The notes under the pieces: generated by a model
Told to the model about the DNA's origin: nothing
What the model saw: the letters and a program-made list of their open reading frames with translations, nothing else
Databases searched by the model: none
Translations under genes and position numbers: made by a program
Shown here: piece by piece, positions 1 to 10,520 of the stretch
How positions within the stretch are numbered: the first letter of the stretch is position 1
Layout of the letters: each line of letters opens with the position of its first letter
Virus record (IMG/VR): IMGVR_UViG_3300032829_000007
Reading direction: 5' to 3' (one strand)
Length of the DNA: 64,000 nucleotides
Origin: an uncultured virus (IMG/VR IMGVR_UViG_3300032829_000007)
Lineage: Duplodnaviria > Heunggongvirae > Uroviricota > Caudoviricetes

Positions 1-61
1 AATTACTGTTTTAGGGAACAGTAATTAAATCTTTTATATATTTTAAATAAAAGATAAAAAA

Positions 62-547
62 TTATATTAATTTAACTTTAGCAGCTTCGACAAATTCTTT
101 TTCTTTAAGAATAATATTTCTTTGATAAAAAATATCACAAACTTCAGCTAATGTCATTCCATAATGAAATACTAATAAAGGTAAATCTTCATTATCTGAA
201 TAATTTTCTTGAATAATTGATTCTGTATTATCTTCATCTTCTCTTTCAACTTCATATGCTAAAGCATGAATATTATGATATCCGTGCATATATTCTCTAT
301 CAACAGCTTCATGTAAACAAAATAAATCAAATAAATCTGTTTTTAAATTAATAACTTCATCTATATATTCTTCTTCTGGCTTTAAAGCATTATCACAACT
401 TGGAGAAATATCCCATCCCCATTTAATAGCATCAATATTTGTTTCATCAAATGAAAAAATAAATTCATAAAGTCCTTCATTTTTATAATTATATCCTACT
501 TTTGAAACAAATATTAGTTTCAAATTTTCTTTATCCAATTCTTTCAT
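62..547 (-). CDS. Hypothetical acidic phage protein
   Basis: 161-aa ORF preceded by the (A)CTATTTATA late-type motif at 570-579. Confidence 0.7.
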   Translation of the reverse strand: MKELDKENLKLIFVSKVGYNYKNEGLYEFIFSFDETNIDAIKWGWDISPSCDNALKPEEEYIDEVINLKTDLFDLFCLHEAVDREYMHGYHNIHALAYEVEREDEDNTESIIQENYSDNEDLPLLVFHYGMTLAEVCDIFYQRNIILKEKEFVEAAKVKLI

Positions 548-634
548 ATTATAAAATTTTATACTTTATTATAAATAGTTTTATAACGTATAATTTTATA
601 TAATTTAATTTGTTTATTTAAAAAATAAATAATT

Positions 635-1018
635 TTATTTTAAACCACAATTATTATCTATATGATTATTTAAAATTGTCATAACAAAATTTTGTTCTTT
701 GAGTTTTTTATTAAGTAGTATTTGATAAATTTTATAAAAACTTATTAATATTAAAGAAATTGAAAATAAACTTAATGAATATATTTGATATTTAAAAAAT
801 AAAATGCTTAATATAATTGTTACAAAAGATAAAATTTTAGCTATATATTGCCTACTCCAAATAACGTGAAAATAATCATTAAAATAACATATTAGTGATT
901 GTCTATATTCAAATATATTTTCTTCTTGAATTTTAGCCCAATAATTTTCTTCTTCTTTTTTAGTTTTAAACTTTTTTGTTCTAAATATTTTTAAATTATC
1001 ATAAATATTATTATTCAT
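635..1018 (-). CDS. Hypothetical membrane protein
   Basis: Two hydrophobic segments; AAC-N16-CGT promoter motif upstream (1049-1070). Confidence 0.6.
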   Translation of the reverse strand: MNNNIYDNLKIFRTKKFKTKKEEENYWAKIQEENIFEYRQSLICYFNDYFHVIWSRQYIAKILSFVTIILSILFFKYQIYSLSLFSISLILISFYKIYQILLNKKLKEQNFVMTILNNHIDNNCGLK

Positions 1019-1080
1019 AAAATATATTTTTATTATTTAATATATATTACGAAAAAAAATAACAATTGTTACAAATAAAA

Positions 1081-1102
1081 AAACCGGAACTTTGCCCGGT
1101 TT
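1081..1102 (-). terminator. Intrinsic terminator after the 815-aa gene
   Basis: AAACCGG/CCGGTTT stem followed on the minus strand by a T tract. Confidence 0.65.
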
Positions 1103-1116
1103 ATAATACTTTTTAA

Positions 1117-3564
1117 TTAAATACCACCCATTTGTGTTTTACCTTGTGTACCGCCACCAGCAAATTGACTTGGAGTCATTTGTTCTTTAAATTTTGTTGG
1201 CATATATTTTAATGTTCCATCATTATTTGCTCTTAAAGTACCACCAAATGGTTTTTCATCTTGTGTTGCAGCAGTTTTTAAAATTTCATATTTATTTTCA
1301 GGTGATTCAACCTGAGCTAATCTTGCAATAATACCATATTGTTTATTAGTTAAAATATTTTTAAAAACATTATTAAATAAATCATTAATACCTTTAATAT
1401 CATTCGGTTGTAGTTTTGAAAATTTTTCAGCAAAACTTCCACCAAATAATTCATTTATTTCTGATTTGTTAATGATTTTTGTTTCAGAAGTTGGGTAATT
1501 ACTATAAATTATACTTCCACCTTTAACATTATGTTTATTATTATAAATTTTAACTGCATTTTTTGCATTATTAATATTATTAAAATGCATTGCATTTTTA
1601 ATATTGTTATCATTATTATTATCTTTATCTAAAAATCCTCCATCACTAAGTTCTACAATAAAATATTGTGTTTCAGTATTTAATTCATTTATTTCTGATT
1701 TATTTTCAACAGTTTTAGCTTCTGATGCTCCGCCAAAACTTACTTTACCTTGTGTACCACCACCAGCAAATTTACTAGGTGTTGCTTGAGATTTAAATTC
1801 AGAATTTTTATATACTAATTCATTATTTTGTCCAATTCTTAAAGTACCTCCAAAAGGAGTTTTATCTAAAGAAGCTGCTTTTAATATTTCATATTTTTTT
1901 TCAATTGGAGAATTTAATGCTATTTTTTTAATAATTCCATATTGAGGATTAATTAAAATATTTTTAAAAACTTTAACGAATAAATCATTAACAGCTTTTT
2001 CATCATTTGGATTTAATTTTTGAAATTGTTCTTTTTTTGTTAATCCTAATAATTCATCAATTTGTTCTTCTTCATTAATTTTTGATTTATAATTATTTAA
2101 TTCTTCATCAATTATTTTATCAATTTTTCTTAATGTATCTGATTTTTTTTCTTCATTAATGGTTGTTTTTTCTTTATTAAAAATTCTATTTTTAATATAT
2201 TTTGTTAATTTAGATTCATTTAATGTAACATTAACAGTACCTGTATTTAAATTAACATCTACTGTTTTAGTTTTTACTGTTGGTGGTACAACACCTAAAG
2301 TATCAGAATCTACTGCAATTTCTGGTTTATTTTCTGGTTCAATTTCAGCTGGTAAATTTTCAGATTCTTCATCTTCTTTAATTTTTTCAACTTCCATTGT
2401 TGGTTCAAAACCATAATATTTAAATTTTTGATCTTCTGTTACTTTATCTAAATATGGCTGTAATTTTTCAGCATATTCAACATGACCATAGCCTTCAATT
2501 AATTCTTTTAATATATCAGGATTAACATAAATAGCAACTTTTTCAAAATCACCATCATTTAAACCTTTTTGATGTGCAGATGCATATCCAGAAATAATAT
2601 CTGCCATTTCTAAACCAGATGCATCTGTTGGATTTTCATATCCTCTTGATGTCATATAATTATCAAAACCACCACATTCATTACACATTTCTTCTTTTAT
2701 TTCTGATGTTTCTTCTGTTTTTTCTTTATCTTCTTCTGGTGTTGATTTTAATATTTTATCCGACATATTTTTTTTATCTTCATTATCTAAATCAGCAATA
2801 TCTTTTTTAAATGCAGATAATAATGAATTAACAAAAGATTTAGTTTGAACAGGTGTTAATTCAGTATTCGATACTTTATTTGTTAATTTACCCACTAATT
2901 TTTCTATTTCTTTAGTAACTAATTCATCAGTATCATTAGATTTAATTTCATCATTTCCTTTTTCATTTGATATATCATCATCTGTTGATGTTTCAGTTGG
3001 TTCATCATTAGATATTTCATTATCATTATTAACTTCAGGATTAGTTTCAGGTTCTGGAACTATTTTTTCTTCTTTTGATTCTTCATCTTCTTTTTTTGTT
3101 GCAGTATCTAAATCATCAACTTTTTCTTCAGCTGATTTGAGTTCTTTTTCAGCATCTTCTAATTTATCTTCTTTAATTTCAGATTTTTTACCTTCATTTA
3201 TTAATGCTGCTTCAACTTTTTTTGTTTTAAATTTATTAGAATTTAAAGCTTCATTTAAAGATTTAATATAAAAATTTCTTTGTTTTTCAGCTTCAGATAA
3301 ACTTTTATATTGATATTCTTTTTTATTTTCTAATCCACCCATATATACAAAATCTGTAACAACAGGATTTTTACTGTTTGTTGATTTTTTTATAAAATAA
3401 TCATGATTTTCTTTAACAATACCATAAACAATTCCATCTTCGGCAATTTGAAAATCAACTAAAGTACTATTTTTAATAGTTTTATCTTCATTTATAACTG
3501 ATGTATTTTTAATATCAGATAGTTCTCTTAATCTTTTATAAAAAAATTCGTTTTTATTTTTCAT
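1117..3564 (-). CDS. Large acidic, probably virion-internal/scaffold-like protein with duplicated C-terminal domain
   Basis: 815 aa, E/K-rich, many [IL]-x-E motifs, two copies of NDLF..VFKNIL..QYGII..KYEILK..PFGGTLR..FAGGGTQGK. Confidence 0.6.
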   Translation of the reverse strand: MKNKNEFFYKRLRELSDIKNTSVINEDKTIKNSTLVDFQIAEDGIVYGIVKENHDYFIKKSTNSKNPVVTDFVYMGGLENKKEYQYKSLSEAEKQRNFYIKSLNEALNSNKFKTKKVEAALINEGKKSEIKEDKLEDAEKELKSAEEKVDDLDTATKKEDEESKEEKIVPEPETNPEVNNDNEISNDEPTETSTDDDISNEKGNDEIKSNDTDELVTKEIEKLVGKLTNKVSNTELTPVQTKSFVNSLLSAFKKDIADLDNEDKKNMSDKILKSTPEEDKEKTEETSEIKEEMCNECGGFDNYMTSRGYENPTDASGLEMADIISGYASAHQKGLNDGDFEKVAIYVNPDILKELIEGYGHVEYAEKLQPYLDKVTEDQKFKYYGFEPTMEVEKIKEDEESENLPAEIEPENKPEIAVDSDTLGVVPPTVKTKTVDVNLNTGTVNVTLNESKLTKYIKNRIFNKEKTTINEEKKSDTLRKIDKIIDEELNNYKSKINEEEQIDELLGLTKKEQFQKLNPNDEKAVNDLFVKVFKNILINPQYGIIKKIALNSPIEKKYEILKAASLDKTPFGGTLRIGQNNELVYKNSEFKSQATPSKFAGGGTQGKVSFGGASEAKTVENKSEINELNTETQYFIVELSDGGFLDKDNNNDNNIKNAMHFNNINNAKNAVKIYNNKHNVKGGSIIYSNYPTSETKIINKSEINELFGGSFAEKFSKLQPNDIKGINDLFNNVFKNILTNKQYGIIARLAQVESPENKYEILKTAATQDEKPFGGTLRANNDGTLKYMPTKFKEQMTPSQFAGGGTQGKTQMGGI

Positions 3565-3710
3565 TTTAATGAATTTAATAAATAAAATAATGTTTTAATT
3601 TTTTCTATAAATACTATAAATTTTAATAAAATTATAATAATTAATTTATTATTGATATATAATGATAAAAATTTTTAATAAAATGTTATTTTAAAATAAA
3701 ATATAACGTT

Positions 3711-4496
3711 CTATTGTATATTATAATTTTCTAAACTTAATTTATTGGCTATCGCTTTTTCTTTAAGCTCAAATAATTTTTTTAAATAGCCAGTATTTCT
3801 TAAAACTTTAAAAACTAAATTTTCAATAGAAAATTCACCTTCTTTTTGAAGACCACTTTGTCTTAATTTTTTAATTTTATCTTTTATTTTATCAATTATT
3901 AATAATAATTTATTATTATCTGTTTCTGATTCTAAAGAATCTATTTTATCCATAATATAAGATGCTTTTTCAAAAATTTTATTAATATCTATTGGAATCA
4001 TTTGATAAATAGGTTTTAATATCCATTTATCATTTATTAATGAATAAATTCCTGTTGCTGCATTTACTTCATTAATATCTTGTACATACATTTCAACATC
4101 ATGACCTTTAATTTTAATATCATATTTTTCTGACCATAATGATTTTTTTGTATCTAAATATTCATCAACAAATTCTTTATTATTTGAAATTTGAGAAGTA
4201 TCCATTAAAATGTGAACATCTAAATCTGAATAATTTGTATAATTATAATTAGCTAAACTGCCAACAAATAAAATATCATTATATATTAATTTATTTATTT
4301 TAGCAAATTTAATAAATAATAATGCATTTTTTAATAAAATTTTTCTGATTTCAGGTTTTAATTTATTATCTTTTGTCCAAAATAAAGGATTTAATTCTCT
4401 TTTCATTGAATATTGATCTATATTTAATGAATCTAAATCAATGCCTTCATTAATAAATTTAATAATATTTTTTTTATTTAAAAATATATTTTTCAT
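3711..4496 (-). CDS. Nucleotidyltransferase-superfamily protein
   Basis: GS..SDLDVHI (GS-x-DxD) motif plus downstream DVEMYVQD strand, Pol-beta-type NTase pattern. Confidence 0.75.
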   Translation of the reverse strand: MKNIFLNKKNIIKFINEGIDLDSLNIDQYSMKRELNPLFWTKDNKLKPEIRKILLKNALLFIKFAKINKLIYNDILFVGSLANYNYTNYSDLDVHILMDTSQISNNKEFVDEYLDTKKSLWSEKYDIKIKGHDVEMYVQDINEVNAATGIYSLINDKWILKPIYQMIPIDINKIFEKASYIMDKIDSLESETDNNKLLLIIDKIKDKIKKLRQSGLQKEGEFSIENLVFKVLRNTGYLKKLFELKEKAIANKLSLENYNIQ

Positions 4497-4503
4497 TTTA
4501 TTA

Positions 4504-5064
4504 TTAAACCAAACTATTAAACCATTTTTTTAATTCTTCATGAACTTCATAAAGTTCATCATCATTTAAATTTTCAGCACTTTTTCTAATAAAAGCAATA
4601 ATGTTATTAAATGTTTCATGTGCTTTTGGAGATTTTATTGCTTCATCAATATTAGTGGATTCATTAGCTTTTATTGAATTATTATTTCTATCATCAATTA
4701 TTAATGCTTTATTTGAAAATAATGTATAAAATTTTAAATTAAAATCATTTCTTTTTTTTTCATTTATCCAATTTATTATATTATCAAATCCATATTCAAT
4801 TGGTTTTTGTCCAGCAGTAAAAATATTCATTGAACCGTCCCAATAATTTTTATTTAAAAGAAAAACAGTATGATGTGAATCTGGTATGCCTTCAGTATCT
4901 TGTATATATATTGTTATACCTTGATTAAATAATTCTTTTGCTTTATTAATATCAATTTCTGTTAAAGTATTATTTTCATTTTCCTCTTTTATTAATTTAA
5001 AATCAGGATTTAAATGTTGCATTCTTTCAAAAAGAAGATTTTTTGTATATTTAATTTGATTCAT
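4504..5064 (-). CDS. Hypothetical protein with shared LFE-M-LNP-F-KLIxE N-terminus
   Basis: N-terminus similar to the two adjacent ORFs. Confidence 0.65.
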   Translation of the reverse strand: MNQIKYTKNLLFERMQHLNPDFKLIKEENENNTLTEIDINKAKELFNQGITIYIQDTEGIPDSHHTVFLLNKNYWDGSMNIFTAGQKPIEYGFDNIINWINEKKRNDFNLKFYTLFSNKALIIDDRNNNSIKANESTNIDEAIKSPKAHETFNNIIAFIRKSAENLNDDELYEVHEELKKWFNSLV

Positions 5065-5068
5065 AAAA

Positions 5069-5692
5069 TTAATCTAAAATAATATCATCAATATTAGTTA
5101 TTGTTTCATTTATAAAATCATTAATGTTTTCATTTTCTAATGATTCATTAACTTCTTTCATATTTTTTGCTGCAATTAATCTATGTAAAAGTTTTAATTC
5201 TTTTTTACTTAATTTTTTATCACCTTCACTAGCTTTTTCTAATTCTTTAATTTTTTTATTAATTAAAGACATAGGAATTTTTTGATCTTCAGGAATTCCA
5301 AGATCTTTATGTAATGCACCAGGATGTTTACCTTCAGGTTTTTCTTTTGTTTTTCCTAATGCTTTTTGCATCCATTTTTCTTCTTTCTTAGCTTCATTAA
5401 TATTTATATTTAAATCATTATATTTTTTAATTTCAGATGAACCAGATAAACTATATGAAATAATTTTTTTATTTATTAAATCTAATAATGCAAAAAAATT
5501 ATTTCCTTCATCATCATAAGCAAATTTAACGATTTTAAATTTATTATTTGAAAAATTTTTTAATCCATCTAAATTAACTAATCTTTCAAATGTTGGAGAT
5601 GTTATGTTTTCTTTAATATTTATTTTAAATGAAGGATCTAATTTATTAACCATTTCAAATAAATAATTTTTATTATATTTTTCTGTTTTCAT
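5069..5692 (-). CDS. Hypothetical protein with shared N-terminus and KHPGALHKDLGIP motif
   Basis: 207-aa ORF, paralogous N-terminus. Confidence 0.65.
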   Translation of the reverse strand: MKTEKYNKNYLFEMVNKLDPSFKINIKENITSPTFERLVNLDGLKNFSNNKFKIVKFAYDDEGNNFFALLDLINKKIISYSLSGSSEIKKYNDLNININEAKKEEKWMQKALGKTKEKPEGKHPGALHKDLGIPEDQKIPMSLINKKIKELEKASEGDKKLSKKELKLLHRLIAAKNMKEVNESLENENINDFINETITNIDDIILD

Positions 5693-5734
5693 TTTTTTAT
5701 GATTTTATTTATATTTTATATATTATTATTAAAA

Positions 5735-6217
5735 TTATACTCCATACCACCAATCTCTTATATATGCAGCTGTTTTTTTTGCTGGAAATCCTCTTTCAAA
5801 ATTAGATTTTATATATGCTAATTGTTTTTCATTAGATTTAATATAATCAATAACTTTTTGTCCACTATCTAAATTATTTAATTCATTAATAATATCATTT
5901 AAATAATTATCATAAGTATTTTCATTATTTAAATTTTCTTCTTTAATTGTTGATTCATTATTATTTGAAAATTTACTTTTAAGCCAATTAATCAATACAT
6001 TAGCACTTTCAGCATTTAAATTCATTACTTTTGTTTTATTTCCTTTACCATCATAAAACATAAATTGTGCTGGATATTCTCCATCTGTGTTAATATAATT
6101 TAATTGCTTTTGATAATAATTTATTGCATTTTGATCTTCATTAATTAATTTTAATTCAGGATTAACATATTGCATTTTTTCAAAAAACAATTCTTTATTT
6201 GTTTTATTTGATTTCAT
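5735..6217 (-). CDS. Hypothetical protein with shared N-terminus
   Basis: 160-aa ORF, first of the minus-strand unit behind the late-type motif at 6251-6260. Confidence 0.65.
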   Translation of the reverse strand: MKSNKTNKELFFEKMQYVNPELKLINEDQNAINYYQKQLNYINTDGEYPAQFMFYDGKGNKTKVMNLNAESANVLINWLKSKFSNNNESTIKEENLNNENTYDNYLNDIINELNNLDSGQKVIDYIKSNEKQLAYIKSNFERGFPAKKTAAYIRDWWYGV

Positions 6218-6250
6218 AATTTTTTTATTATTAATGATGTATAATTTTAC

Positions 6251-6292
6251 TATAAATAGTTTATTTAATTAAAATATTTTTAACTATTTATA
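6251..6292. promoter_or_regulatory. Back-to-back putative late promoters (ACTATTTATA on each strand)
   Basis: TATAAATAGT at 6251-6260 and ACTATTTATA at 6283-6292 between divergent genes; motif recurs upstream of at least 11 genes. Confidence 0.6.
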
Positions 6293-6307
6293 ATAAATTT
6301 CAAATTT

Positions 6308-8407
6308 GTGAAAGAACAATGCTTAAATGGTATAATTCAAAAAAATCTTGCTATAGATATTGATATAACAAATTCAAATTCATGGAATTTAAATACTGGA
6401 TATACAGTAAATAGTTTAGTAAATTGGAACAATAGAAAAACTAATGACTTAAATTTATTAGATTTTGGATTAACAGGATTTGATGATGGAAAAACAAATT
6501 CTATGAATAATAATTTATTATTAACATTAAATGATAAATTTACATTATATAGAATAGGATACAATAATGTTATTAATCCGATAACTGGCGAAACAAGTGG
6601 TTATACTGCAAATACATTATATGATTTATTTCCTTTAACAGGTATTACAACTGGATTAACAGGAAATTATTTTTATTTAACTGGTGGCTATTTACAAGGT
6701 TTTTTTAAATTATTTGATTATAATTATGAATTATTTCCTTCAAGATATAATAATGGTATAACAATAGAAACATTATTAAATATTAATACAAATAGTGAAG
6801 GAATATTTTATTTAATGGGATTAAGAGCCGAAGATAAATATAATCCTTATTTTAGTGGTGAAACATCTTTAATAACTAATACTACAAAAATTGTTAATAA
6901 TACAATAGGTAATATTTATAATATTAATGGTATTTTAACAAGTAAAGGAAATGATCTTATTGCAATTGATGAAGAAGAATCTGCAAGTAATGCATTTGTA
7001 TTTTTTGAAGACTCAAGAAAAATAATAGATACAATTCCAAATCAAATAAATAATTTAAAAAACAATATTATTGCTTTTGAAATTACAAATGATAAAAAAA
7101 TTGGATATAGATATATTGACTCAAATGGTAACTATGTTTCAAATGTTTCAACAAATAAAATTCAAAATTTAGGATGGAATATAATAAGTATTGTTTTTAA
7201 TCCATATGGCTTAATTGATAAATATGATTCAAATTATGAAACATGCTACGATTTAAGAAAAGGTGATTTAATTTTTTATGTTAATGGTAGAAGATTTTGG
7301 ATAATTAATAATTTTGAAGAATTTTATTTTAAAAATATAAATAATGATAAAGAAAAACAAATAGGTGTACCATATAATATTAGTTGGGGTGGCGGATCAT
7401 ATGGTTTAAAATATTCTTATCATTATGATTATACTATTTATGATTTATATAATGAAAATAATTTATTATATATTAATAATAAGTTTATTCCAACATATAA
7501 TCCAACATTAACAATATGTGAATTTACAGGTAATACTGATCAATATCAAGCTGGCTTATCATTAAGTGCAAATACTGTAAGTTATAAAGATTATGATAAT
7601 TGTAATAATCCAATTCCTTTAACTGTAATGGATATTATGTATACTGGTGTAACAGGACAAACAAATAAAAATTTCTTTATAAAATTTGATCAATTAATAA
7701 AAGTTAGACCAAATATAGAATATAATATTGAATTATTATTTAATGATGTTGAAATATTTAATGGTTCAGATAGTGAAATATCTATTGTAATATCTGGTAA
7801 TACTGATTATACTATTATTCAAAATACAAAATATATTAATAATCCAATAATATCATTAAATAATATTGTTATTCCAGCAGATCAAGAAAGTGGCTTTTAT
7901 AGTGATCGTGAAGAAAATGAGTATACAAAAAATGGAATTATTTATGATGCTATAACTGGTTATCCTGTTATTAGAGGATATGGAATTATGAATAAAGGTG
8001 TTAATTATAATGAAAATCCAATATTTACAACAAATACTTCAACAAATATTAATGGTTGGAAATCTATTAATTTTAAATTTATTGTTAATAATTATAATAT
8101 AGATTTTTCAAAATTTTATTTTGGATTTATTATTAAATCAAATTCATATTTAAATGCTAATAAACATATATATATTAAAGAATTTAAATATACTGCTGCT
8201 GATATATTAGTTAAAGATATTAATAAAGAAAATTTAATAATTGAAAAAAATTTTAATTCAAATTTTATTGGAGGAATACAAAAATTAAGAATTTATGATA
8301 GAGCATTAGAATCAAATGAAATTTTAAATAATGCATATTATGAAAGTATTTCAAATATAAATTATAATATTTTGATTAATAGAGGTGGAAGAATTATTAA
8401 TATTTAA
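6308..8407 (+). CDS. Putative virion structural protein with LamG/concanavalin-like beta domain
   Basis: 699 aa, N/T/G-rich; WNIISIVF..LIFYVNG and FIGGIQKLRIYDRALESNEI LamG-type motifs. Confidence 0.65.
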   Translation: MKEQCLNGIIQKNLAIDIDITNSNSWNLNTGYTVNSLVNWNNRKTNDLNLLDFGLTGFDDGKTNSMNNNLLLTLNDKFTLYRIGYNNVINPITGETSGYTANTLYDLFPLTGITTGLTGNYFYLTGGYLQGFFKLFDYNYELFPSRYNNGITIETLLNINTNSEGIFYLMGLRAEDKYNPYFSGETSLITNTTKIVNNTIGNIYNINGILTSKGNDLIAIDEEESASNAFVFFEDSRKIIDTIPNQINNLKNNIIAFEITNDKKIGYRYIDSNGNYVSNVSTNKIQNLGWNIISIVFNPYGLIDKYDSNYETCYDLRKGDLIFYVNGRRFWIINNFEEFYFKNINNDKEKQIGVPYNISWGGGSYGLKYSYHYDYTIYDLYNENNLLYINNKFIPTYNPTLTICEFTGNTDQYQAGLSLSANTVSYKDYDNCNNPIPLTVMDIMYTGVTGQTNKNFFIKFDQLIKVRPNIEYNIELLFNDVEIFNGSDSEISIVISGNTDYTIIQNTKYINNPIISLNNIVIPADQESGFYSDREENEYTKNGIIYDAITGYPVIRGYGIMNKGVNYNENPIFTTNTSTNINGWKSINFKFIVNNYNIDFSKFYFGFIIKSNSYLNANKHIYIKEFKYTAADILVKDINKENLIIEKNFNSNFIGGIQKLRIYDRALESNEILNNAYYESISNINYNILINRGGRIINI

Positions 8408-8534
8408 ATTAAATAAAAATATATAAAATTTTGATGAAAATAATAACTTTATTATGTAAATAATATAATATAATAACTATTTATAATAAAATTTGAATAT
8501 TCTAATTAAAAAAATTATTAAAATAAAATTTTAA

Positions 8535-8738
8535 ATGGGTAATATGTTAAACAACATTAATGAAGGAAAACTTCCTATCATATTTGGAAGTGTTTGTAGT
8601 ATTTTGGGGGATGGTTTTACACAAGATTTAGTTAAAACAATGATATTTGCATTCATTGGAGCAACAATCGGGTATTTTACAAAGGTTTTATATGATATAA
8701 TTTTTAAAAAATATTTAAAAAAAAATAATAGTAAATAA
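8535..8738 (+). CDS. Small membrane protein (holin-like candidate)
   Basis: 67 aa, two hydrophobic stretches, basic C-terminus, late-type motif upstream. Confidence 0.4.
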   Translation: MGNMLNNINEGKLPIIFGSVCSILGDGFTQDLVKTMIFAFIGATIGYFTKVLYDIIFKKYLKKNNSK

Positions 8739-8969
8739 AAAATAATATTATTATATTTGCAAATAATTAATATTTTTTTATTTTAAATTTACTATCATGA
8801 GTACAAAACAATTATTTAAAGAATTAATTCTTAATTTAAATAAAGAATCAAATGAAACTGATTCTCAAAAAATGAAATTTGCATTATTAATAATTTTAAA
8901 TAAATTAAGAAGACTAAATGATGATTATGATGAATTGTTAGATATTCAAAATAAACAATAATTCATGTT

Positions 8970-9188
8970 ATGATAAACATTGATAAATTTAATGAAATAA
9001 TTAATGGATGGAAAAATCTTATAATAAAAGATGATTCTATCGAAGAAATAGCTAAAAAAAGAATTGAAATTTGTGTTGATTGCGAACATTTAACAAAAAG
9101 AGATATATGTGATATTTGTGGATGTTATATGCCAGCTAAAGTAAGATCCATAAAATCTAAATGTAGCGATAAACCTAGTAAATGGTAA
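8970..9188 (+). CDS. Small Cys-rich protein
   Basis: CxxC..CxxCGC..C pattern. Confidence 0.6.
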   Translation: MINIDKFNEIINGWKNLIIKDDSIEEIAKKRIEICVDCEHLTKRDICDICGCYMPAKVRSIKSKCSDKPSKW

Positions 9189-9455
9189 TTATAAATGAAA
9201 TCTTATGTTTTTCAAAGTTGTGATTCTAAAGAATGTTTAAAAATTGAAAAAGAAAAAATAGGTGCAAAAAATATTGATATAATTTCAAGATTACATTATT
9301 TTGATGAAGAAAAAAATCAAAATGTTTGTATAACTTGTGGAAAAAGAACTAATATAATTAATAATATAAAAAAAGATATTTAATTTATACGGTTTAGGAC
9401 CGTTATAGTTTCGGCTATAAACCATTAAGAATTCGCTACTCTTAATGGTTTTTTA

Positions 9456-10154
9456 TTATTCTCCATATTTTTCATAAAACTTAATCCAATTCTTGATTGT
9501 TTTACCTGTAACACCATATTTTCTTCCTGTTGCAGAATAACCGATTTCTTTAATATTATTAATTAAAATTTCATATGATGGACGTTTAAAAATTCTTTTA
9601 TTTTTCATTGAAGTAATTAATACATTAGGATCATTAACATTATCAATATATTTTATTTTTTTATGTTTTTTTTTATTGTTTTTATTTTGTATATTTTTAC
9701 CACAATGTGTTGGTAATGTTGCATTACAATTAGGGCATAATATTTGTAAATTTTCTAATCTATTATCTGTATGATTGCCATTTTTATGATCTAAAATTAA
9801 TGACATATATTTTCCATACCATTCTTCATTTTGGCCACATAATTCACATTCTTTATTTTTTAATCCAGAGTTATATAATCTTTTTTTTAAACAACCCATA
9901 TTAGAATATGTTGAATTTATTGTTAATATTTCATTTAAATTTCGTATAATTTTATTACTTTGTATTGGATTTTTTTTATTATTAATTAATATAAAATTTA
10001 AATCAACATTAAGAATTTTAGCATATCTTTTTAATGTTCTAAAATTACCTGATGTTGTTTTTCTTTCTAATTTTCTTAAAATATCAGTTAATGAATTTGA
10101 TTCATTAACTAATTTTTGTAATTCATCCTTACTAATATTTTCAAATTTAATCAT
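9456..10154 (-). CDS. HNH homing endonuclease with C-terminal HTH
   Basis: CELCG..LDHKNGNHTDNRLENLQILCPNCN; C-terminal SATGRKYGVTGKTIKNW. Confidence 0.85.
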   Translation of the reverse strand: MIKFENISKDELQKLVNESNSLTDILRKLERKTTSGNFRTLKRYAKILNVDLNFILINNKKNPIQSNKIIRNLNEILTINSTYSNMGCLKKRLYNSGLKNKECELCGQNEEWYGKYMSLILDHKNGNHTDNRLENLQILCPNCNATLPTHCGKNIQNKNNKKKHKKIKYIDNVNDPNVLITSMKNKRIFKRPSYEILINNIKEIGYSATGRKYGVTGKTIKNWIKFYEKYGE

Positions 10155-10287
10155 AATTTTTAATTTATTATAAATACTTAAATAATTTTTTAAGGAATAG
10201 TTAAATGGTTAAAAATAATAAATTAAATAATGAAAAACATTAGTTTAACAAATTACTATACTATAATTTTATAATCTATTTATATAG

Positions 10288-10359
10288 AGCCTCTTACTTG
10301 AATTGAACAAGTATCTTCTCGTTACAAAGGAGAAATAATAACCATTATACTAAAGAGGC
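10288..10359 (-). tRNA. tRNA-Thr(TGT)
   Basis: GCCTCTT/AAGAGGC acceptor stem, loop TT-TGT-AA, TTCAA T loop. Confidence 0.8.
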
Positions 10360-10362
10360 ATG

Positions 10363-10433
10363 TGACTTCACTTGGAGTTGAACCAAGCTCACCATTTTAA
10401 AAGAGTGGGGCATAACCGCTTTGCTATGAAGTC
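10363..10433 (-). tRNA. tRNA-Lys(TTT)
   Basis: GACTTCA/TGAAGTC acceptor stem, loop CT-TTT-AA. Confidence 0.8.
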
Positions 10434-10439
10434 ATTTAG

Positions 10440-10513
10440 AGCAGGTAATCGGGATCAAACCGACTCTATTCCAGCTTGGAAGGCTGGTGCACCATCAATT
10501 ATGCGTTACCTGC
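10440..10513 (-). tRNA. tRNA-Gly(TCC)
   Basis: CCAGC-CT-TCC-AA-GCTGG anticodon arm, U73. Confidence 0.85.
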
Positions 10514-10520
10514 ATTTATT

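Noticed and set aside
1604..2810. Plus-strand ORFs inside the 815-aa gene (likewise 6337, 10978, 11015, 18031, 25735, 25941, 27114, 29118, 31286, 33463, 45598, 47118, 52720)
   Set aside because: Antisense or alternate-frame shadows of better-supported genes
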